A stretch of DNA of 51,242 bases, taken from the IMG/VR virus record IMGVR_UViG_3300021080_000001, positions 1 to 51,242 of that record, one strand, 5' to 3'. The notes under the pieces are model-generated. The model worked only from the letters and a program-made list of their open reading frames with translations, had not been told where the DNA came from and did no database searches. Position numbers and translations under genes: made by a program. Shown piece after piece: positions 44,350 to 51,242 of this stretch. The DNA is from a virus (Duplodnaviria; Caudoviricetes). Positions within the stretch are counted from its first letter, which is position 1, and each line of letters opens with the position of its first letter.

Positions 44350-44736
44350 TTAGGTCCCTTTCTTGGCGCGCGAGAGCAACTGGCGCTGAAATTCGGCCAG
44401 TGCTTTCTCGATCAGTTCGGCCTGGCCCTTGGCGAGGATGTCCTTGCCGTCCCCGAGCAGTGCTTGGGCGTCTTTCACCTGCTTCCAGTAGTTGTCGATC
44501 ACCGTGCGCGCGGCCAGCGCCTCGGACTTGAGCATCAGGCCTTCGCTCGCCTGTTGGGCCACGGTGTTGTTGGCGACGATCAGGCCCACTTTGATGCCGT
44601 TGATGAGCTTGGCGGCCTCCTGCCCGGTCTGCGAGAGCGTGGTGGGTACGGCGAGCTCCTGGCCGGGGCCGAACGGGTTCATGCCCGCGCAGCCTGAGAG
44701 GAGCAAAACAGCGAGGGTTAGACCGATGGCTTTCAT
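44350..44736 (-). CDS. Lipoprotein (possible spanin-type lysis accessory)
   Basis: Lipobox LLSG-C after a hydrophobic stretch; helical body. Confidence 0.7.
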   Translation of the reverse strand: MKAIGLTLAVLLLSGCAGMNPFGPGQELAVPTTLSQTGQEAAKLINGIKVGLIVANNTVAQQASEGLMLKSEALAARTVIDNYWKQVKDAQALLGDGKDILAKGQAELIEKALAEFQRQLLSRAKKGT

Positions 44737-44999
44737 GCGGGTCCTTTCGTTTCAAGAGGTGGGGGTGGGGCGGGGCTCGCGTCCGATCCGCGCTGGGAGC
44801 CCCGGCTTTGCATGATGCTCGAGGCGAAGTAGAAGTTGAGGACGAGAAGGAGCGCGGCATCGAGCGTGCCGAGGATCCGCCCGATCAGGACATCGGGAAT
44901 GATGGCGGGGGTGCCGAGGAAGAGGTACACGGTTTCCGCCGCCAGGGTGGCCACTACGACGAGGAGCGCGATGATGTGGAGCTGCCACGGGGTCCTCAT
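44733..44999 (-). CDS. Putative holin
   Basis: 88 aa, two TM segments, ILGTL......V..FYF.SS pattern. Confidence 0.65.
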   Translation of the reverse strand: MRTPWQLHIIALLVVVATLAAETVYLFLGTPAIIPDVLIGRILGTLDAALLLVLNFYFASSIMQSRGSQRGSDASPAPPPPLETKGPA

Positions 45000-45358
45000 T
45001 TACGTTTCCCGAGGGGGATGTCCCTTCGGATTTCCTCGATCTGGGCGCGGTTGACCGTGGTGATCCAGTAGATCAGGAGCTGCCCGACCACGGTCACGAG
45101 GAGAAGGATCAGGCTGATGATAACACCGGTTCGCACCTGCCTGCGCGCGGCCGTGGTTTGCACCTTTTGCTCCTGGAGTTCTTTCAGAAGCACCTGCAGC
45201 GCGCGATGCTCGGTCTTGTGCTGCTCGCCGTTCTGGCCTATGTATTCCTCGACGGCAGCGTCCATCGCCTGTTGCAGGTGCGGTCGCATCGCCTCGGCAA
45301 GGAGGCGCGCGAAACCGCGGCGCTCACTCGGCGGGTAGCTATCGAAGGGCTCACTCAT
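44996..45358 (-). CDS. Membrane protein (holin/antiholin-like)
   Basis: Coiled region, then TM GVIISLILLLVTVVGQLLIYWI. Confidence 0.6.
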   Translation of the reverse strand: MSEPFDSYPPSERRGFARLLAEAMRPHLQQAMDAAVEEYIGQNGEQHKTEHRALQVLLKELQEQKVQTTAARRQVRTGVIISLILLLVTVVGQLLIYWITTVNRAQIEEIRRDIPLGKRK

Positions 45359-45533
45359 CCGGATGCTTGCCTTGTCCGGGGGCGAGGATCCGCTCGTGGG
45401 TACGTAAGCTCGCGCCGGCGACAGAGAGGAGTTCTGCCAGCTTCAATTGCCCCGGGGGTTCGGCGAGGACTGAGCGCACGCGCTCGGGGTCGACTTGGCG
45501 CGTGCGCGGATTGATGACCTCGGCGAGGTTCAT
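45351..45533 (-). CDS. Hypothetical protein
   Basis: 60 aa, ATGA-coupled to the endolysin. Confidence 0.45.
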   Translation of the reverse strand: MNLAEVINPRTRQVDPERVRSVLAEPPGQLKLAELLSVAGASLRTHERILAPGQGKHPDE

Positions 45534-46135
45534 GCGAGCGCCTCCTTCGCAGCCGCCCAGTGGGCGAGGCGCTCCTCCTGGCCGTTCAGCCCCCCGTTCA
45601 CGGCGAGGGTGATTCCCTTGAAGTCCGCGCGGTCGGCGAGCTCGTTCAGGTTCACCCCGACCGGCACCCCGTACTGGCGAGCTGCGACCGAGAGGCGCTG
45701 GCCTGCACCCGCGGTCCAGAACCAGCCGGCCGACCGGGTGGCGGGCTCGATCTCCTCCAGGAGCTCCGGGGTCTCCTCGAGCGCGAGCGCGAGGGCCTCG
45801 CCGCAGGCGGCGTAGTTCGCGCGGCCGGTGATCTGGATCAGGCCCCGGCCGCGGTACTTGAAGCCATCCCCGGCTTGGGTGTTCCCCAGGTCCTGGGCCT
45901 TCCTCGAAGGCGGCTCGTAGGCCTTCTGGGCGGGCGTGGGGCCCCAGATCTCGCGCATCCAGAGAAACCCGTTCGATTCGTGGGAGACCTGGGCGAGGAA
46001 CGCCGCCTGACGCTCGGCGGTATCGATCGCGAACTCCGCGAAGAGCATGTTGAGCGGTCCCACGAATAGGCCTAGGCGCACGTGGCTTGTCTTCGGGGCC
46101 ACGGCCTGGAGATCATCGAGCGTAATGGGTTCCAT
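45530..46135 (-). CDS. GH19 chitinase-like endolysin
   Basis: AAFLAQ..HES, LGN...GDG..YRGRGLIQITGR.NY, SAGWFW, VNGG.NG..ER. Confidence 0.92.
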   Translation of the reverse strand: MEPITLDDLQAVAPKTSHVRLGLFVGPLNMLFAEFAIDTAERQAAFLAQVSHESNGFLWMREIWGPTPAQKAYEPPSRKAQDLGNTQAGDGFKYRGRGLIQITGRANYAACGEALALALEETPELLEEIEPATRSAGWFWTAGAGQRLSVAARQYGVPVGVNLNELADRADFKGITLAVNGGLNGQEERLAHWAAAKEALA

Positions 46136-46140
46136 GGTGT

Positions 46141-48132
46141 TCACGTTGTGATGAGCGCCACCCAAGCACCCGCTTGTTTGTGATAGACGACCGTGTTGCC
46201 CGCCTGGGTACCGTCACCGCGGAAGTAAAAATCGCCGTTGGCCCCGTTGGCGTTGTTCGGGACACCATTGCCGGCGAAAATCCCAGCCACCACTTGATTG
46301 GCTCCCGCATCGGTCGCAGGATAGATTTTGCCTGTGGTCAAATCAAAGCCCACACGGGCTGCAACGCCATCGTCTGACACGTAGACAATATCCGCGCTCT
46401 GCGCGAGAGCGCCGGTCTTGGTTGCCCCTCCCCCGGTAGGCGCGAAAAGGACTTTGGGGCCTGCGACGCCGCCGATTCGAACTATGCCGCCGTGCGTATC
46501 AGAAAACCCATTGTTGCCGAAGACGGTCGGTATGCCTCCCGCCGCCACCGCGATCGCGGTGGCACCTACGGGCATGTCGTTGCCAGCAATGAGCACGCCC
46601 AAGCAAGCGCTCGCCACGTTGACAGCTTTGGCATCGAAGCGATTTCCCCCCACGATCGCCACACCCTGGCAGCCGTCCAGCTGAATCGCGTAATCGCCCG
46701 CCCCCGCGCCAGCGGTCCCGAAATAATTGCCGGCGACCGACATGCCGAGAGCTTTCGCGTGGATCCAGTACAGGCCGCCGGCCACGCTCACGTCCCCGAA
46801 CCAGTTTCCGATGAAGGTGAGGCCTTCGATGAAGGCCGCCACGCCCATGTCGAAAGCCGATGCCTTGCCGTTCACGAGCCTCTCAAACGTGCAGCCCTTG
46901 AATGTGATCGCCTGGCACGTTGACGTACCGTCGAATTTCACATTGAACGCCGTGAGTATCTGGAAGGTGCAGTCCTCCACGGTGAGGACGTTCGTGTAGC
47001 CGGTGCCGGTGCGGATGCCGGCGGCGGCGTTCTTGAACGTGCATTTGTGGACGCGCTCAATGATCGAGAGGTCGGACAAGAAGAGGCTGTTGGCCCCCAC
47101 GGCGGCACCTTCACCTGTCAGCACGCAGCGGTCCATGGTGAACCCCGCGGTGTCCGTGGCCAGCGCGGAATGCCCGGTGCGGACCAAGTCGCCGGCGTAG
47201 GCGGCGTTGTTGTAGGTCAGCGCGATCTTCTCGATCGAAACACCGTAGGAAGATTTGACCGAGATCCCGATGCCGGCGGCCGCCGAGGTGCAGCGCAAGG
47301 TCGAGCAGTGCGCGAAACTCGTCGCCCCGAGGGGATCGACCTCTCCGATGATGGATAAGCCATCGACCACGCCGTCGCAGTCGAGGGCAGTGTACTGGAA
47401 AACGCCGACAGGGACGATGATCTTGTTGTGGCCCGGAGAAGCCTTGGCATAGTTGATCTGGGCCTGAATAAATGCCGTATCATCGGCTGCGCCATCGCCC
47501 TTCGAGCCAAACTGCCGGAGACTGATTCCGTTGCTCTGGACGATGAGATTCCAGCGGCCTGCTCCTGCATTCGGAGCGATGACCGTCCCGCCGTTGTCGA
47601 CCGTTGCGTCGGCAACGTTCCAACGGTACATACCACCGCCACCATCGTTCACGGCATAGTATCCGCGCACGAAGTAGGTGATCGAGGTGGCCCCAGGGTT
47701 CGCCAGCGCCTTCAGGGCTGCAATCGTGTCGATGATCTGGATGAAGGAGGAGAGCCCTACCGGAACCTGTGTGGAGAGCTCAAAGGTGATCGCGCTCGTG
47801 CCGAAGATGATCGGCGCTGCGGTGGTGAGCCTGTAGAACCGACCCAGAGCCGATCCTTCGTTGACGAGGATGAGCGTGCCCCTGGTAGCATCATAGGTAC
47901 CATCGAAGTCCTGGGCGCGCGCCCAGGCTCCTGTGCTCACGAGGTAGATGCCGTTGTCGGCTTGGTCGACTTGGTCTTTCACGAGAATTCGGTCATTGGC
48001 CACAAGCACCACGCCGTCGACCGTCTGTAGGCCGTTCAGGATAAGGGGGCCAGCGCTCGCCACGACACAGGGGACCTTGATGGCCAGGGCCGGGTTAAGG
48101 GTTTGCTGCCGATCTTCGGTGATGGAGCTCAT
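46141..48132 (-). CDS. Tailspike / depolymerase with beta-helix
   Basis: N-terminal DG......DRILVK.Q.....NGIY domain; V.GYY...DGGGG domain; FG.KGDG..DDT..IQ pectate-lyase-3 cap; beta-helix repeats. Confidence 0.85.
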   Translation of the reverse strand: MSSITEDRQQTLNPALAIKVPCVVASAGPLILNGLQTVDGVVLVANDRILVKDQVDQADNGIYLVSTGAWARAQDFDGTYDATRGTLILVNEGSALGRFYRLTTAAPIIFGTSAITFELSTQVPVGLSSFIQIIDTIAALKALANPGATSITYFVRGYYAVNDGGGGMYRWNVADATVDNGGTVIAPNAGAGRWNLIVQSNGISLRQFGSKGDGAADDTAFIQAQINYAKASPGHNKIIVPVGVFQYTALDCDGVVDGLSIIGEVDPLGATSFAHCSTLRCTSAAAGIGISVKSSYGVSIEKIALTYNNAAYAGDLVRTGHSALATDTAGFTMDRCVLTGEGAAVGANSLFLSDLSIIERVHKCTFKNAAAGIRTGTGYTNVLTVEDCTFQILTAFNVKFDGTSTCQAITFKGCTFERLVNGKASAFDMGVAAFIEGLTFIGNWFGDVSVAGGLYWIHAKALGMSVAGNYFGTAGAGAGDYAIQLDGCQGVAIVGGNRFDAKAVNVASACLGVLIAGNDMPVGATAIAVAAGGIPTVFGNNGFSDTHGGIVRIGGVAGPKVLFAPTGGGATKTGALAQSADIVYVSDDGVAARVGFDLTTGKIYPATDAGANQVVAGIFAGNGVPNNANGANGDFYFRGDGTQAGNTVVYHKQAGAWVALITT

Positions 48133-48359
48133 GGTGTTCTCCTAAAATGTCCGGATGCGGCCTTGGCGGCGAGCAGCGTCGTGGCGATCCCGGCGGTGAC
48201 CGCCAGGAGCCCGATCGCGTACCAGGCCCAGGCGGAGTCTGAAAATTGCGGGGCGATATGCCCCAGGGCGAGCCCGAGCCACAGCACCACGGCGGCGCCA
48301 GCGATGTTCGCAGCAGCAAGCGCCACGTTGACGGCGACGAAGGCGAGGAGCGTTTTCAT
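48129..48359 (-). CDS. Small two-TM membrane protein
   Basis: 76 aa, almost wholly hydrophobic, ATGA-coupled on both sides. Confidence 0.55.
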   Translation of the reverse strand: MKTLLAFVAVNVALAAANIAGAAVVLWLGLALGHIAPQFSDSAWAWYAIGLLAVTAGIATTLLAAKAASGHFRRTP

Positions 48360-50944
48360 CGCGCGAGCGCCTTTCGCATGTCGGGGGGGCGTTCTGGCTC
48401 GAGCTCTCCCGGCCGCCACCACCAGTCCTGGCCGTATTCGCGCTGGGTGCGCTCCCTGATCGTGGCGAGGTACCCGGGGGAGAGAGCCTCGAGCACGTTC
48501 TGCCAGATGAGGTGATCCAGGGCGGCCTTGGTGTACCAGATGTTGCTCCCGGGGATGAAACCTTTCACGTCCTGCACCATCTTCGCGGCGAGGTGGGTGT
48601 CCTTGCCCTCCATGGCTTGCTTGGCGGCGGTGAGGGGCTGGACGATGCCAAGGGAGAGGATGGGCCCCATGGTGGGCCCGGCGAGGGCCTCCAGGGGGCC
48701 TGATCCGTAGCGGGTCTGGTTCACCGAGTAGAGAAAGTCACCGTAGATGCCCAGTGCTCCTCCCTGCAGGAAGGCCGCGCCCCAGAACTTCCACCAGTTT
48801 TCGTCCCCCATGGTGCGGGGATCCTTGCCGGTGAGCATCTCGCGCGTCTGCATGATCATGGCGCCGGCGATCGTGGTCGAGGCGACCAGATACGCGACCA
48901 TGCCCGCCTTGGAGGCGGCGGTGTCCTGGTTTGCGACCATGTCCATGCCGCGCTGCAGATAGGCCCAGGGGAAGCTCTTGAACTGCAGGACCGAGCGTGC
49001 GATCTCGCCTTTGATCGTGCCGCGCTGCAGGTCCCCGTAGAAGGTGCTCCTCTCGCGCCAGCCCGGATAGACGATGGCGAACTCGCTTTCGGTGTTGACC
49101 ACCCCGAGGAGCTTCACGATGGCGTCCCTGCGCGCGGCGTGCGCGGCCTCCGGCTCCTCGGCCGGGCCGAGGATGTGAACGGCCTTGAGTTCGTCGTCCG
49201 TGATGCGCGCGATCGCGTCGGGCATGAGGAGATTGTCAGTGCCACGCCAGCTCTGCAGTTTCGCGAGCTGCCAGGTCTTCCAATCGGTTTCGTTGATGCC
49301 GAAGTTCCGCAGCGCCCGCACGTCGGATTCGGGCAGCTGGGCGAACTCGCGGCCGGCACCGAGTTCGTTCCCGATCGCGGCGAACATGTTCAGGCCGAAG
49401 GCGCCCTTCCTGATGTCGTTGATCGCGTTCATGCCGGTGATGCGCATCACGGCGTTGGCGATCCGGCCGGTGAGGGTCGATTTTCCCAGGCCCTCGTAGA
49501 AGCGCTGCAGCCCCGAGCGGATGTTGTCGAGCATCAGGCCCTGGGTCTGGATCAAGCGCCGCTCCTCCGGGTTCATGGGATTGAGCAGGGTGAGCTCGTT
49601 CCGCCAGCGCTGCAGCACCGGCATGTCGTTCATGTGCGACACCGCTTCCATGGTTGCCTTGTCGCCGTAGAGCGACGCCCACATCGCCCCGCCCAGTTTG
49701 GCGGCGACGTTCAGGTGGGCGATCGAGTCGGCGATCCCCGACATCGCGATCGAGGCGGTCGGTTTCATCCGGCCGGCGGCGTACTGGTAGAGGTTATCGA
49801 GGTTCACCGCCTCGCCCTCCAACTCGGGGGTGCGGATGGGCTCGGCCACCGTGGCATCCCGGAGTGCTGCATCTCGCAGGGTCTGGTAGGTCGTGTTCGG
49901 GTTGGGGCCGAAGTGCTCGAGGAAGGCGATGTCGCGCGCCATGGTGCCCACGTGACCGTCGAGGATCTCCATGGCGGTCCTCTCCCCGAACGCGTTCCAG
50001 TAGTCGATCACGCTTTGCGCGTCCTTGAAGTGGATCTGGCGGTGCTCGGCATGGGCGTTCGCGCGCGCGCCGTGGCCGCTCCCTTGCCCGGGGATGATGT
50101 TCGCGTGGCCGTTGGTGGCGATTGTGTCCCAGGCGTGCCCCAGAAATTCGCGCATCTGGGCGTCGGTGAACCCGTTCCCGAGGTCATCCGCGTAGCGGGT
50201 GCGCTCGAGCATGGGGAGGATCGTGTCGATCCACATGTCTTTGCCGACTGCGGCGACCTTCCCCTGGCTGTGGTGCTGAGGCATGCCCCAGTCGTCCAGG
50301 CGGCCCACGTCCCCGCCCGCGGCATTGAAGGCCGTGCGGGCTTCCTCGGCGATGTCGTGGAAGGCCTTCGCCCCTTTTGCCGCCACCGCATCACCGGTTG
50401 ACTCACCACGCAGTTCACGCACGAGTAGGAGGAGCTTCTGGCGATCCTGGAAGAATCCGAGCCAGTCGTTTCCGAGCGCATCCCAGGCTGGCAGCAGCTT
50501 CGATTCGTAGTAGGCCTTGTTGCCAGCGACTCTCTGTTCCAGGCTCTCCACGGCGCTTCGGCCTGAGTAGTCGCGGGCGAGGGTGTTGCGCACCGCATCA
50601 AAGTCCTTCAGCCCTGCGGCCTTCATGATCTGGACGTCGCCCATCCTTGCTGCGAGTTTCGCCATCTGCAGGTTGGCGTTCCGCTCGGCGATGATGCCCT
50701 CGTGCTCCAACTCGGAGGCGGCCTGTTCGGCGGCACGCTCGATTACGCTCTGGACCTCGGTTTCCCGCCCCTGGACGCCGAGTTCTGCGGTGGTCTTGGC
50801 GCTCATCTTGGCCGGGGTTCGGCCCGCCTTGATGTCCAGGGCCGCTTTGTGGATGCGCTCATAGATGGCGATCATTTCGTCGTTGGACAGCTCCCGACCC
50901 GCCGCGCGGGCGAGGCTGGCGAGGCACTGGGCGTAGTCAGCCAT
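48356..50944 (-). CDS. Large internal virion (ejection) protein, BPP-1/epsilon15-like
   Basis: 862 aa; DWGMPQ.H, HRQIHFKDA, GEI.RS..QFKSFP, GGALGIYGDFL, N.WYTKAALDH, SPGYL...G...WW.PG. Confidence 0.85.
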   Translation of the reverse strand: MADYAQCLASLARAAGRELSNDEMIAIYERIHKAALDIKAGRTPAKMSAKTTAELGVQGRETEVQSVIERAAEQAASELEHEGIIAERNANLQMAKLAARMGDVQIMKAAGLKDFDAVRNTLARDYSGRSAVESLEQRVAGNKAYYESKLLPAWDALGNDWLGFFQDRQKLLLLVRELRGESTGDAVAAKGAKAFHDIAEEARTAFNAAGGDVGRLDDWGMPQHHSQGKVAAVGKDMWIDTILPMLERTRYADDLGNGFTDAQMREFLGHAWDTIATNGHANIIPGQGSGHGARANAHAEHRQIHFKDAQSVIDYWNAFGERTAMEILDGHVGTMARDIAFLEHFGPNPNTTYQTLRDAALRDATVAEPIRTPELEGEAVNLDNLYQYAAGRMKPTASIAMSGIADSIAHLNVAAKLGGAMWASLYGDKATMEAVSHMNDMPVLQRWRNELTLLNPMNPEERRLIQTQGLMLDNIRSGLQRFYEGLGKSTLTGRIANAVMRITGMNAINDIRKGAFGLNMFAAIGNELGAGREFAQLPESDVRALRNFGINETDWKTWQLAKLQSWRGTDNLLMPDAIARITDDELKAVHILGPAEEPEAAHAARRDAIVKLLGVVNTESEFAIVYPGWRERSTFYGDLQRGTIKGEIARSVLQFKSFPWAYLQRGMDMVANQDTAASKAGMVAYLVASTTIAGAMIMQTREMLTGKDPRTMGDENWWKFWGAAFLQGGALGIYGDFLYSVNQTRYGSGPLEALAGPTMGPILSLGIVQPLTAAKQAMEGKDTHLAAKMVQDVKGFIPGSNIWYTKAALDHLIWQNVLEALSPGYLATIRERTQREYGQDWWWRPGELEPERPPDMRKALAR

Positions 50945-51107
50945 GGGGGTCTCCTGTGATCACGCGCAGCAACATGGTGCAAAGCGTAATCGCTTCGTCG
51001 TCATCGCGCTCAGGAGTCTTCGCGCGCGGCCGTTGCCCGTCCGTATCGGGCGGAGGTGGGCGGGGTCCCGCCGTGCTGCGCGGGTGCCACAGGAGGAGGA
51101 ACGGCAT
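50937..51107 (-). CDS. 56-aa peptide with DDDEAI..LL C-terminal motif
   Basis: Manual translation: ATG 1 nt after the junction-gene stop; its stop overlaps the next start. Confidence 0.5.
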   Translation of the reverse strand: MPFLLLWHPRSTAGPRPPPPDTDGQRPRAKTPERDDDEAITLCTMLLRVITGDPHG

Positions 51108-51115
51108 GTCAAGCG

Positions 51116-51242
51116 AAAATGCTCACGTGGATGTCTCCCGAAATATCCAAGCCTTGAGTGCAACGGGCCACGATCCTCTGGTTGACCTGGAGCGTTGCGG
51201 TAAAAGTCGTCTCCGCTGATTGCGCAGGGTCGACCGAGAGCG
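51116..51242. repeat. Terminal direct repeat, right copy
   Basis: Identical to 1-127. Confidence 0.95.

Noticed and set aside
46141-48132. Diversity-generating retroelement, expected from the BPP-1-like architecture
   Set aside because: No reverse transcriptase ORF and no template/variable repeat pair differing at adenines was seen.
51116-51242. Biological terminal repeat
   Set aside because: The length equals a common assembly k-mer and a gene reads through the join, so it is best explained as a circularisation overlap.

Overview
This looks like a complete, circularly assembled, GC-rich podovirus genome of about 51,115 bp; positions 1-127 recur exactly at 51116-51242, as expected for an assembly overlap. 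The virion module is BPP-1/epsilon15-like: TerS, TerL, portal, scaffold, capsid, tail tubes A/B, ejection proteins, tailspike and a GH19 lysis cassette. The early region has Cro, an HTH replication initiator, RuvC and a Sak4-like ATPase. I see no CI, integrase, DNA polymerase or RNA polymerase. The standout feature is a candidate phage-encoded virion glycosylation system. It comprises a pseudaminic-acid-type pathway (PseB, PseC, PseH, PseI, PseF, plus amidotransferase, HisF-like and methylase tailoring enzymes), two paralogous proteins with CstII/Maf-like sialyltransferase motifs, and at least five Ser/Thr-rich small or fibrous proteins among the structural genes that could be O-glycosylation acceptors. 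Two transposase-less IS1595-type cassettes with related 22-bp terminal inverted repeats are also present. One carries a DpdA/TGT-like DNA-modification gene and truncates the phage DNA methyltransferase; the other has a perfect 8-bp target duplication. Smaller signals are a parS-like palindrome, structured leaders before pseB and the capsid gene, and a Cro-only divergent promoter switch. All family assignments come from motif recognition by eye, not database searches.
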